Positions 17,555 to 26,469 of a stretch of DNA of 31,637 bases are shown here, piece by piece. Both the position numbers and the translations under genes were made by a program. Source of the stretch: a virus (taxonomy: Duplodnaviria; Caudoviricetes); IMG/VR virus record IMGVR_UViG_3300020044_002565, positions 1 through 31,637 of that record. One strand, given 5' to 3'. Below the pieces are notes generated by a model. The model worked only from the letters and a program-made list of their open reading frames with translations. It made no database searches and was not told where the DNA came from. How positions within the stretch are numbered: position 1 is the stretch's first letter; each line of letters opens with the position of its first letter.

Positions 17555-18508
17555 ATGGCATTTGATGTATCAGCATTAGCCGCATATACTGAGCAAAACG
17601 CTGCACAATTAGTGACGTCTTCAGTATTAGGCGCAAAAACTGCAAACTTGATTAAGAGTGCAGGAAATGTAATGGTTGGCGTAAAAAGCGCTGAAACTAT
17701 TAACATTATGGACACAGACGCAATATTTCAGGCAGGCGGAAGCTGCGGATTTACTGCTTCAGGTTCAACAACTTTCACACAAAGAACTGTGACTGTTGGT
17801 AAAATTAAAGTAAACGAAGCTTTATGTCCAAAAGACTTAGAAGCTAAGTATTTACAAAAAGCTTTACCTACCGGTTCAATTTATGATTCAATTCCTTTTG
17901 AGCAAGAATTCGCAGATAAGAAAGCGAAAACTATTGCTGCTCAATTAGAAACTGCAATTTGGCAAGGCGACACTTCAAGTGTTAACGTAAACTTGAACAA
18001 ATTTGACGGTTTAGTAAAATTAATCGGCGCTGCTTCAGGTGTTGTTGCTGCTAACGCTTCAACTTACATTTCAGGCGCACCTTTATCTTCAATTACTGCT
18101 GCTAACGTAATCAGTATTTTTGACGGTGTTTACTCTGCAATCCCTGCAAAAGTTGTAGCTGCTGACGATATGACTATCTTCTGCGGTCAAGACTTATTCA
18201 GAACTTACACAATTGCATTAAAGAACGCTAATAGCTTCCATTATTCAGTTGACGCTAAGGCTGACGGCGAATTCGTTTTACCGGGTACAATGATTAAAGT
18301 TGTTGCAGTTGGTGGATTAAACGGAACTAACAAAGTTTACGCTGCACGTTTAAGCAACTTGTTTATCGGTACAGACTTATTGAACGAAGAAGAAAAATTT
18401 GAAATCTTCTACGCGAAAGAAGCTGACCAAGTACGTTTTGTTTCTGAATTCAAAATGGGCGTGAATATTGCATTCCCTGACGAAACAGTGAAATTCGTAT
18501 TGGCTTAA
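17555..18508 (+). CDS. Major capsid protein
   Basis: 317 aa with LETAIWQGD...FDGLVK, following the scaffold and followed by a terminator. Confidence 0.85.
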   Translation: MAFDVSALAAYTEQNAAQLVTSSVLGAKTANLIKSAGNVMVGVKSAETINIMDTDAIFQAGGSCGFTASGSTTFTQRTVTVGKIKVNEALCPKDLEAKYLQKALPTGSIYDSIPFEQEFADKKAKTIAAQLETAIWQGDTSSVNVNLNKFDGLVKLIGAASGVVAANASTYISGAPLSSITAANVISIFDGVYSAIPAKVVAADDMTIFCGQDLFRTYTIALKNANSFHYSVDAKADGEFVLPGTMIKVVAVGGLNGTNKVYAARLSNLFIGTDLLNEEEKFEIFYAKEADQVRFVSEFKMGVNIAFPDETVKFVLA

Positions 18509-18514
18509 TTATTC

Positions 18515-18542
18515 GGGGTGTTGAAATATACACCCCTTTTTT
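18515..18542 (+). terminator. Rho-independent terminator after the capsid gene
   Basis: GGGGTGT...ACACCCC followed by TTTTTT. Confidence 0.85.
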
Positions 18543-18565
18543 AAAAATATTTAAAATTATTAACA

Positions 18566-19087
18566 ATGGCGTGTGCATTAACACAAGGATATTCTTTAGA
18601 CTGTCGCGATAGTTTAGGCGGGATTGTTGAAGTGTATTTTACTGAAGCTGCCAACGTAACTACAACAACTGAAGCAAGCGGTGTTATTACTGCTTTGACT
18701 AAGGCTGCGGGGAAACGTTTTTGGAAATATGCTTTAGTTAAAGATACTTCAATGTTCAACCAAACAATGAATGCTTCTGTTGCAAACGGAACTGTATTCT
18801 ATGCTCAAGAACTTCAGATTGTCCTTAACAAATTACAGACCAATACAAGAAATGAATTATTGTTATTGGCACAAAATAGCTTAGTTGCAGTTGTAAAAGA
18901 TAGCAACGGAATCTATTGGTATTTAGGAAAAACACGCGGTATTGACTTAACTGCAAATGCAGCAAGTACAGGTACTGCGCAAGGTGACAGAAGCGGTTTC
19001 ACTTTAACTTTCACAGGTTCTGAACCTGCATTAGCGCCAAGTGTTACTTCAGTTATTGCTTTGGCATTAGAAACACCGGGTTCTTAA
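18566..19087 (+). CDS. Major tail tube protein (putative)
   Basis: MAC.LT.G..LDCRDSLGGI, NGTVFYAQ, GDRSGFTLTF pattern in 173 aa. Confidence 0.7.
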   Translation: MACALTQGYSLDCRDSLGGIVEVYFTEAANVTTTTEASGVITALTKAAGKRFWKYALVKDTSMFNQTMNASVANGTVFYAQELQIVLNKLQTNTRNELLLLAQNSLVAVVKDSNGIYWYLGKTRGIDLTANAASTGTAQGDRSGFTLTFTGSEPALAPSVTSVIALALETPGS

Positions 19088-19117
19088 TAAGCTTGTTTTT
19101 CATAGGTTTATAGGTTT

Positions 19118-19150
19118 GCCGCCGTTCCTTAATTGGTTCGGCGGTTTTTT
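19118..19150 (+). terminator. Rho-independent terminator
   Basis: GCCGCCG...CGGCGGT with T run. Confidence 0.8.
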
Positions 19151-19151
19151 A

Positions 19152-19320
19152 TGTTACAATTTTATATAAATATGTGACAAAGTAAAGCTAAAAGTTTACT
19201 TTTAATGTAACAAAGTAAAGGCAAAACTTTACTAAAATGTGTCATAAATTGCACTTTTTGATGCATATTTTATACATATAAGTCAAATTTGATTATAATA
19301 TGCAACAAATTGCACTTTTG
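19152..19320. repeat. Array of imperfect palindromes and direct repeats
   Basis: TGTRACAAAGTAAAG-N6-STTTACT twice and AAATTGCACTTTT twice. Confidence 0.7.
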
Positions 19321-19321
19321 G

Positions 19322-19328
19322 CTATTTA
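19322..19328 (+). promoter_or_regulatory. Putative late promoter CTATTTA, 5 nt before ATG 19334
   Basis: Same motif and spacing as 9905 and 16277. Confidence 0.65.
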
Positions 19329-19333
19329 CTTAT

Positions 19334-19708
19334 ATGATTAGGTTAACCAAAGGTCAGACGCAAAATATTATTTTAACCTTAACTGAAAAACAGTTATTGA
19401 CAAACCCAAATTATTTGTTTGTTTTTACAAATAGAAGTGCAAATACAATAATTAAGTTTGTAAAATTAAATGCAATTGACATAAGCCAATATAAAGACCG
19501 TTATAATGAATTTAATATTGTAACGAACACTAATTTTGGGTCAGCGTTAAACGGTCAATATGATTATGAAATTTATGAGCAAACAAGTACGACAAATACC
19601 AACCCAACAGGTTTAAATATGGTTGAATCAGGTATTATGGAATTAGTCGGAACGCCTTTTGAATTTACAGAATATCAAACAACAGACACTTACACAATTA
19701 GACAATAA
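19334..19708 (+). CDS. Hypothetical structural protein
   Basis: Beta-rich, likely start ATG 19334, coupled to the portal gene. Confidence 0.7.
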   Translation: MIRLTKGQTQNIILTLTEKQLLTNPNYLFVFTNRSANTIIKFVKLNAIDISQYKDRYNEFNIVTNTNFGSALNGQYDYEIYEQTSTTNTNPTGLNMVESGIMELVGTPFEFTEYQTTDTYTIRQ

Positions 19709-21504
19709 TGGATTTACGCGTATTAACATTTGCAGAAGCACGCCAACCTGAATTTAAGGAAAAAAGGGGCGAAGGATATATTCAGTACGGCGACCGCAAT
19801 GATTACCCAATTTATTTGGTTGATTTATTCAATAAGTCGGCTAAACATAACGCCATTGTAAAAAGCAAGGTGCATTATATAACCGGAAATGGTTGGAAAG
19901 GCAGCGCAGAATCTGAAACTTTTATTCAGAAAGTCAACAGAATGGAATCTTTGGACGATTTAACGCGCAAAGTTTCATTAGATACCGAATTATTCGGCGG
20001 ATATTATTTAGAAATCATTTGGTCAGTTACAAAACAATTGGCTGAAATATGGCATTTAGACTATACTAAGATTCGTACAAATAAAGATAATACGCAGTTT
20101 TGGTATAAAGAAGATTGGTCAGACAGAAACGAAAAACATAAAGTTTACGCTGCATTCAATCCAAACAATCCTGAAGGAAAACAAATTTTATACGTTAAGG
20201 AATACCGCCCAAATATGGGTATTTATAGTTTACCGGGTTATTTTGGCGCGTTAAATTATATTGAATCTGACATTGAAATTTCAAAACATGTATTGGGCAA
20301 TGCGCAAACAGGATTCAGCGCAAGCAAATTAATTACTTTGCCTAACGGCGAACCTTCAGACGAAGAAAAGCGTAATATTGAAAAACGCTTTACAAATAGA
20401 TTTAGCGGTTCAGACGGTAAGAAGTTTATTTTAGCTTTCGTAAATGATAGCGCAAGAAAACCAATTGTTGACGATTTAGGCGCTTCAGATATTACCAAAG
20501 AAGATTTTGGACGTGTGGATTCTTTAATTCAAACAAACATATTTTCAGGACACCAAATTACAACGCCTTCAATATTCGGTATTGCAGAAGCGGGTAAATT
20601 AGGAAGCCGTTCAGAAATGCGCGACGGTTACGAAATATTCAAAAATACTTACGTAAATAGTAAGCAAATGCACCTTGAAAGTGTATTTAATATGTTGGCT
20701 AAATACAGGGGTGTTGCTGAACCTGAATTAAGCATTATCCCAACTGAACCAATTGGTTTTGAATTTACTGAAAACTTATTGAAGGAAATTGCACCGAAGG
20801 AATGGTTACTTGAAAAAGCGGGTATTGATATGACTAAATATCAGCCTGTTCAAGATACAGTTCGTGTTGTACAGGAAGCGCAATTTAAAGACGATTTCAG
20901 CGCCTTTTATGAATTTGGCGAAGCAAAGGACGGTTTTAATGTTTGGAAGCAAAAAACACGCTTTAATGACGATTCTGAATACCAAATGTTTGCAGACGTA
21001 AGCCAATTACAAGCCAACGTATTAGATTTGATTTCAAAAGATAAAAGAATTACGGCTGAAGTATTGGCGACAACACTTGAACAAAACGTTGAAACAATTG
21101 ATTTGGTTATTAGTGATTTAATTGACAAAGGGTATTTAGAGCAAAACGAATATTCAATAGGTCAGGGAATTGACGAAAACGTTATTAATGAATTGACGCT
21201 TACTGCGCCATTAGCTGACATATTGGTTAAAGTTCAACCGACAACAAAGGAATTATTAATTCGTTATTCGTACGAATGGAAAACAGGGTTTTCAAATAAG
21301 GATAAAAAAACAAGCCGTCCGTTTTGTGTAGCTTTATTAGACGCGGGCAAAATGTATTCACGTTCTGAAATTGAGCAAATAAGCGCAAGATTAGGTTATT
21401 CAGTTTGGGACAGGTCGGGCGGTTGGTACACAGTACCGGGAACTAACGAACACGAACCAAGTTGCAGACACCAATGGGTATCAAACATAGTAACAAGAAA
21501 ATAA
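19708..21504 (+). CDS. Portal protein with C-terminal extension
   Basis: YGDRNDYP, SAKHNAIV..K, FSGSDG, GHQITTPSIFGI motifs. The tail has SRPFC...CRHQW. Confidence 0.8.
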   Translation: MDLRVLTFAEARQPEFKEKRGEGYIQYGDRNDYPIYLVDLFNKSAKHNAIVKSKVHYITGNGWKGSAESETFIQKVNRMESLDDLTRKVSLDTELFGGYYLEIIWSVTKQLAEIWHLDYTKIRTNKDNTQFWYKEDWSDRNEKHKVYAAFNPNNPEGKQILYVKEYRPNMGIYSLPGYFGALNYIESDIEISKHVLGNAQTGFSASKLITLPNGEPSDEEKRNIEKRFTNRFSGSDGKKFILAFVNDSARKPIVDDLGASDITKEDFGRVDSLIQTNIFSGHQITTPSIFGIAEAGKLGSRSEMRDGYEIFKNTYVNSKQMHLESVFNMLAKYRGVAEPELSIIPTEPIGFEFTENLLKEIAPKEWLLEKAGIDMTKYQPVQDTVRVVQEAQFKDDFSAFYEFGEAKDGFNVWKQKTRFNDDSEYQMFADVSQLQANVLDLISKDKRITAEVLATTLEQNVETIDLVISDLIDKGYLEQNEYSIGQGIDENVINELTLTAPLADILVKVQPTTKELLIRYSYEWKTGFSNKDKKTSRPFCVALLDAGKMYSRSEIEQISARLGYSVWDRSGGWYTVPGTNEHEPSCRHQWVSNIVTRK

Positions 21505-21505
21505 A

Positions 21506-22093
21506 ATGAGCAAAAACACGTTATTCATATCAGTACAGTCAATTAAGGATAGAACAGGGTTACACGCTAACGTTGACGAAAAATTAGTTTTACCGGAAAT
21601 TAAGACGGCGCAGGATATGTACATTTTACCGGCTTTGGGTTCAGCGCTTTACAATGAATTACAAACCGCAGTTGAAGCAAACAGTTTTACGACTTTACAG
21701 ACGACATTATTGGACGATTACATTGTGGATTGTTTGATTTATTATGTAATGTCTGAATTACCGCAGGGTTTATCATATCAGTTTTACAATAAGGGATTAA
21801 TTAGAAAAACAGGCGAAAATCAAGAAAGTCCTTCAATGCAGGATATGATTGACGTGGCTAATAGATACCGCGCACGTGCAGAATTTTACAAACAAAGACT
21901 TATTAAATATTTAAAACAAAACAATGCTTTATATCCAAACTATTTAAACTTTGGTTCAGGCATTGATTCAATCAAACCTGACAATGAAGGATATACTGTT
22001 TCAATGTGGTTGGGCGACAATGGTTGTTGCGGGGACGGGGATAGCAGAAAAACTTTTGAAGAACGTTATCAGGGAAACATTGGTTGTTGTTAA
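21506..22093 (+). CDS. Head-tail adaptor protein (putative)
   Basis: Helical, with IKTAQDMYILPALGSALY, immediately after the portal. Confidence 0.65.
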   Translation: MSKNTLFISVQSIKDRTGLHANVDEKLVLPEIKTAQDMYILPALGSALYNELQTAVEANSFTTLQTTLLDDYIVDCLIYYVMSELPQGLSYQFYNKGLIRKTGENQESPSMQDMIDVANRYRARAEFYKQRLIKYLKQNNALYPNYLNFGSGIDSIKPDNEGYTVSMWLGDNGCCGDGDSRKTFEERYQGNIGCC

Positions 22094-22096
22094 TAT

Positions 22097-22225
22097 ATGA
22101 GTAAACAAGTAACTATTAAAAACCAAAATAAGCTTAAAGTTTATTTGGAAAAAGCAAAAAAGAATGACATTAAACCAAATAGTCAAAGAACTGACAACAA
22201 TAGGAAACCAACACGAACAAATTGA
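22097..22225 (+). CDS. Possible 42-aa basic peptide
   Basis: MSKQVTIKNQNKLKVYLEKAK... spans the gap between adaptor and next gene. Confidence 0.4.
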   Translation: MSKQVTIKNQNKLKVYLEKAKKNDIKPNSQRTDNNRKPTRTN

Positions 22226-22613
22226 TTTTGTTTATTTTGGGGACGTTTGGGAACGCTTGAGCAATGGCGAAGTAACCTATCCTGCAATGTTTTTTACGTT
22301 GACAGGTGCAAGTTATGGCGCAAAAGAAATTGGTTTTTCATTTAGTCTTTATTTTATGGACAGAATGTTAAACGAAGAAACAAACGAAACTGAAGTTTTA
22401 TCAGATATGACACAGGTTGCCGGTGACATAGTTGCACAATTGCGTTACCCTGAAGATTACCAAATTGTGACTTGGACATTGAACCAAAATTTACCAATTA
22501 CTTTTTACACAGAAAGCGACCCTGATTATTTAGCAGGTGTAAAATTAGACGTGACGTTAACAGTACCATTTATTAACAATAGGTGTCAAGTACCTTCAAA
22601 TTATACTTTTTAA
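22164..22613 (+). CDS. Tail terminator/completion protein (putative)
   Basis: Acidic 149 aa with YPAMF...LAGV.LD.TL in the neck region. Confidence 0.6.
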   Translation: MTLNQIVKELTTIGNQHEQIDFVYFGDVWERLSNGEVTYPAMFFTLTGASYGAKEIGFSFSLYFMDRMLNEETNETEVLSDMTQVAGDIVAQLRYPEDYQIVTWTLNQNLPITFYTESDPDYLAGVKLDVTLTVPFINNRCQVPSNYTF

Positions 22614-25009
22614 TGGAATCCAAAAAAATTAATCAATTAGCGACAGAACTTGCGCCTGATTTATCAGATTTAACAATTATAGGCGACCCAACAACCGGAA
22701 TAAGTAAAAAAATTACGCTTTCACAAATGGCGTCTTTATTTACAGGTACAGTTGAAGAATACGCAAACTTTGCGGCATTCCCTTTGGTTGGTACGGCTGA
22801 CACTATTTATGTGGCAAAAGATACAAACGTTATTTATAGGTGGGATTCAACTGCGTATGTAGTTTTATCCCCTAATATTATTGCGTCACTTGTATTTAAC
22901 GACGCGAATGGATTTGACGGAACTATTGCTTTGGTTGGTTCAACTGCAACTTTAACAATTACGACTGCATTAACGCAAGGTTCAGTTCCTTTTATTGGGA
23001 CTTCAGGTGCTTTAACGCAAGACAATGCAAACTTATTTTTTGACGATACCAATAACAGATTAGGAATAAATACAAATGCGCCAACAACTGCATTGGACGT
23101 TTTTGGTTCAGGTATTATTGGACGTTTAAACGGAACTTCAACAAACAATGCTTTTTTAGGCTTTGCAAGTGCAGGGACAAACAAATGGTCAATTGGCAAT
23201 GTTCAGTCTGACCATAGATTTAGGATTTATAACGACGCAACAACAAGCGAATTAGTTTCAGTTTTACAAACGGGGGAATTTGGTATTGGCATTGCAAACC
23301 CAACAACAAAACTTCATATTGACGGCGGTGCAAGTGCATTAATTGCAAATTTAGACGCAAACGTTTCTGTTGCAAAAAGTGTTTCATTTCGTTCAGATAA
23401 TAGTAATAGATTTAACATTGAAGTTTCAGGCACAGAATCAGGTTCAAATGCAGGTGCAAATTTCTTTATTAGACGATATTCAGACGCAGGTTCTTTAATT
23501 GATACACCTTTTACAATTACACGTTCAACAGGTTTAATAAGTTTAATTGGCACTACAAATATTAAGAGTGAAATAACTATTGAAGCGTCTAATTCAACAA
23601 ATAAATGGAGTCTTTATACTTATACTGACAATTCATTTAGAATGAATTATAATGGTGCAGGAAATGATGAATTTATTTTAGCTTCAGACGGAATTGCAAC
23701 ATTTTCAAGTTTTTTAAATGCAGCTACATTAGTTGCAAATGGCACTTCTATAACTTCAGGTGCAAATATTACACTTATCAATAATAGCGGTGCAAGTGTT
23801 AGTAGATTTTATTCATTTGGTGCAAATACTTCAACACGTGGTGGTTTTAAATTTATTGGTATTCATAGTGACCAAGGTAATGCAACTACATTTTTAGATA
23901 TTACTTCAAGTGGTGCAGCTACTTTTTCAAGTAGTTTAAATTTAGGTACAATTGCAAATAGCGGGGATACTTCTTTATTAAATATAAAGCAATCAAGTAC
24001 TTCATATAATAATGGTATATACATAGAAAGAGGTGCAGAAAGAAATGGTTATTTTATGTATATTGGTGGCGCAGTTGATTCACTAACATTTAGAAGAAAT
24101 TATTTTGGTACACAATCAGATGTAATGTCTTTGACACGTGACGGGAATGTTGGTATAAATATAGCTTCACCTGTAAAAAAATTACATATTGTTGATACTG
24201 CGGAACAATTAAGACTTTCTTATGATTCAGCAGGTTCAAATTATACAGATTTTAGAAATGATTCAGGCGGTGGTTTATTAATTAATACTTCAGGAAGTTA
24301 TATTATAAATTATCTTGCGGGAACTGAAAAAACAAGAATTACAACAGGTCAATTAAGAGTTGTTGGAGTAGGTTATAAATTAGCTTTTGATACAGATGGT
24401 GTAAATGGTTCAACTGAATTATTTACAAATGGTCAATATGATTTTAGGATTTTTAATTCAAGAGGTGGCGCAAGTAATATAGACGTTTCAACTTATTCTA
24501 TTGTTTTTGGAACAAATGGTTCTACGCAAAGATATGCAATGGAAACAGGAAGATTGATACCGCTTGCTGACAATGCTTATACAATGGGCGCAAGTGGTTA
24601 CAGGTGGAGTGCTATTTGGGCGGCAAATGGTACAATTCAAACTTCAGATGAAAGACAGAAAAAAGATATTACACCAACAAATTTAGGTTTAGATTTTATT
24701 ATGTCTTTGAAACCTGTTTCTTATAAATGGAAAATTGGAAAAAATATTGTTACAAGTGAAGATGAAATTATTGACGAATATGGTGCAACAAAATCAAATG
24801 ATATAATGACACCAATTGAAGGGACAAGAACACATTATGGTTTGATAGCGCAACAAGTTAAAGAAGTATTAGGAGATATTGATTTTGGTGGTTATGTATA
24901 TGATGAAGAAACTGATACAATGGCATTAAGATATGACCAATTTATTTCGCCAATGATAAAAGCAATTCAAGAATTAAAAGCAGAAATTGAACTTTTAAAA
25001 TCTAAATAA
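22613..25009 (+). CDS. Tail fibre/receptor-binding protein with C-terminal peptidase S74-type autocleaving chaperone
   Basis: Repeated G(N)VGI..P..LH(I/V) units, QTSDERQKKDI, GLIAQQV and IKAIQEL. Likely start ATG 22613. Confidence 0.9.
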   Translation: MESKKINQLATELAPDLSDLTIIGDPTTGISKKITLSQMASLFTGTVEEYANFAAFPLVGTADTIYVAKDTNVIYRWDSTAYVVLSPNIIASLVFNDANGFDGTIALVGSTATLTITTALTQGSVPFIGTSGALTQDNANLFFDDTNNRLGINTNAPTTALDVFGSGIIGRLNGTSTNNAFLGFASAGTNKWSIGNVQSDHRFRIYNDATTSELVSVLQTGEFGIGIANPTTKLHIDGGASALIANLDANVSVAKSVSFRSDNSNRFNIEVSGTESGSNAGANFFIRRYSDAGSLIDTPFTITRSTGLISLIGTTNIKSEITIEASNSTNKWSLYTYTDNSFRMNYNGAGNDEFILASDGIATFSSFLNAATLVANGTSITSGANITLINNSGASVSRFYSFGANTSTRGGFKFIGIHSDQGNATTFLDITSSGAATFSSSLNLGTIANSGDTSLLNIKQSSTSYNNGIYIERGAERNGYFMYIGGAVDSLTFRRNYFGTQSDVMSLTRDGNVGINIASPVKKLHIVDTAEQLRLSYDSAGSNYTDFRNDSGGGLLINTSGSYIINYLAGTEKTRITTGQLRVVGVGYKLAFDTDGVNGSTELFTNGQYDFRIFNSRGGASNIDVSTYSIVFGTNGSTQRYAMETGRLIPLADNAYTMGASGYRWSAIWAANGTIQTSDERQKKDITPTNLGLDFIMSLKPVSYKWKIGKNIVTSEDEIIDEYGATKSNDIMTPIEGTRTHYGLIAQQVKEVLGDIDFGGYVYDEETDTMALRYDQFISPMIKAIQELKAEIELLKSK

Positions 25010-25416
25010 TGACAATATTTTTAACCATAGTATTTTTAGTTCACTTAATTAGTTGGGTTTTATACCAAAAGCACCAATTTAAAGAACGTGATTTATACGA
25101 AATAAAACCAAAGGAAGCATACGAGCAAAATAAAAAATGGCATTTTTGGAAGGGTATAAACCATATTTCAGTTTATGTTTTAGTTTGGTCGCTTTATGGT
25201 TTTTGGTCAATGTTTTTATTTGCGACTGCTTTTTGGTTTGGCTTTGACATTCTTTGCAATGTTATTGTTTTAAAAAGACCTGCATTTTATGTAGGGGTAA
25301 CGGCTGATACAGATAAATTTATTAGAAAGGTCGCTGAACTTATAAAAATTAAACCTGAATATACTTCGGCATTGATAAAAGTATTAATTTTGATAATATT
25401 ATTAATTTTAAAATAA
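25009..25416 (+). CDS. Membrane protein
   Basis: Several hydrophobic helices, with FYVG.TA.TD. Confidence 0.7.
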   Translation: MTIFLTIVFLVHLISWVLYQKHQFKERDLYEIKPKEAYEQNKKWHFWKGINHISVYVLVWSLYGFWSMFLFATAFWFGFDILCNVIVLKRPAFYVGVTADTDKFIRKVAELIKIKPEYTSALIKVLILIILLILK

Positions 25417-25421
25417 AAACT

Positions 25422-25562
25422 ATGATTACGTTAAATGAAGAACAATTAAATGAACTAAACCAATTTTGTCAAGAACTGCCAACAAAATATGGCGTGCCTT
25501 TATTACAATGGTTTAAAAAAATTCAAGAAGAACAAGCGCCAAAAGAAGAAAAAAAAGACTAA
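25422..25562 (+). CDS. Small protein, 46 aa (not in ORF track)
   Basis: MITLNEEQLNEL...ELPTKYGVPLLQ. The stop abuts the next ATG. Confidence 0.7.
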   Translation: MITLNEEQLNELNQFCQELPTKYGVPLLQWFKKIQEEQAPKEEKKD

Positions 25563-25742
25563 ATGACACCGCATAGCAATCAAGCCGACATAGGCACAGG
25601 AATAAGCGTTTTAAGCGCTATTGTAAGTATTTCAACAATTCAACCGGTTGTCACATTATTTGCCGGTTTGATTGCTATAATTTCGGGTATAATGGCGATT
25701 CGCTATTACTACAACGCAACTAAAAAAGTAAAAAATGATTAA
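25563..25742 (+). CDS. Holin candidate, 59 aa (not in ORF track)
   Basis: Hydrophobic core ...LFAGLIAIISGIMAIRYYY and a basic tail, in the lysis region. Confidence 0.65.
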   Translation: MTPHSNQADIGTGISVLSAIVSISTIQPVVTLFAGLIAIISGIMAIRYYYNATKKVKND

Positions 25743-26277
25743 AAATATTGTGATTGCAATTTTATTGGTTGTGGTTGCTTTATTTTTATTTTCAGACCCT
25801 TCATACAATGGCGGTTCTGTGACTATTGTACGTGACACAGTTTACCAACAGAAAACTTTTACAAAGTATAAGAAAGGAAATGATATACATTCATATACCA
25901 TTTTAACCGATTCCGTACAGATTCCTGTACACGACACAATCCGCATTTTATCCGATTATAGCCGCAAATATGCGTATTCAGATACGATTCGTTTTGATAC
26001 GAATAATATCGTATATATTCAGGACACAATAAGCCAAAATAAGATTACCGGACGTTCAGTTGGGTTAAATATTGCTGAAAAAACTATATATGTTACAAAG
26101 ACAATACAACCAAAAGACAGAACTGCCATTTATTTCGGCTTTTTAGGCGATTTAAGACAGGATAACAGACAACTTGGTATTGGTGTTGGCATAGCAATTA
26201 AAACGGCAAAAAAAGGCATTATAAATGCAAATGCAACAACTAACGGTTATTCTTTGGGATATTATTTAAAATTCTAA
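25735..26277 (+). CDS. Membrane-anchored lysis accessory protein (spanin-like)
   Basis: N-terminal transmembrane helix, repeated (H/R/Q)DT motifs, and C-terminal amphipathic beta strands ending YYLKF. Confidence 0.5.
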   Translation: MIKNIVIAILLVVVALFLFSDPSYNGGSVTIVRDTVYQQKTFTKYKKGNDIHSYTILTDSVQIPVHDTIRILSDYSRKYAYSDTIRFDTNNIVYIQDTISQNKITGRSVGLNIAEKTIYVTKTIQPKDRTAIYFGFLGDLRQDNRQLGIGVGIAIKTAKKGIINANATTNGYSLGYYLKF

Positions 26278-26278
26278 T

Positions 26279-26467
26279 ATGCGTCAATTCTTTACAGAAG
26301 ATAATAACCGCCTAAGTATGAAAAGACTTTGTGGGTTTTTATGCACTATTGCCCTTTGTGCTAAATTGATACATACACCGACAGAAGCATTGGTTTATAC
26401 CGTTGGTGCTTTGGCAGGTGCAGCTTTTGGTTATACAATGGCTGAAAAAATATTTAAAAAGGACTAA
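26279..26467 (+). CDS. Small two-TM protein (holin/antiholin candidate)
   Basis: LSMKRL plus two hydrophobic segments, directly before the endolysin. Confidence 0.6.
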   Translation: MRQFFTEDNNRLSMKRLCGFLCTIALCAKLIHTPTEALVYTVGALAGAAFGYTMAEKIFKKD

Positions 26468-26469
26468 GA

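Noticed and set aside
19152-19320. Possible mini-CRISPR array
   Set aside because: Only two degenerate, nearly adjacent repeat units with no spacer-sized unique sequences, and no cas genes.
22613-25009. Diversity-generating retroelement or invertible tail-fibre cassette
   Set aside because: No reverse transcriptase, invertase or template/variable repeat pair seen.
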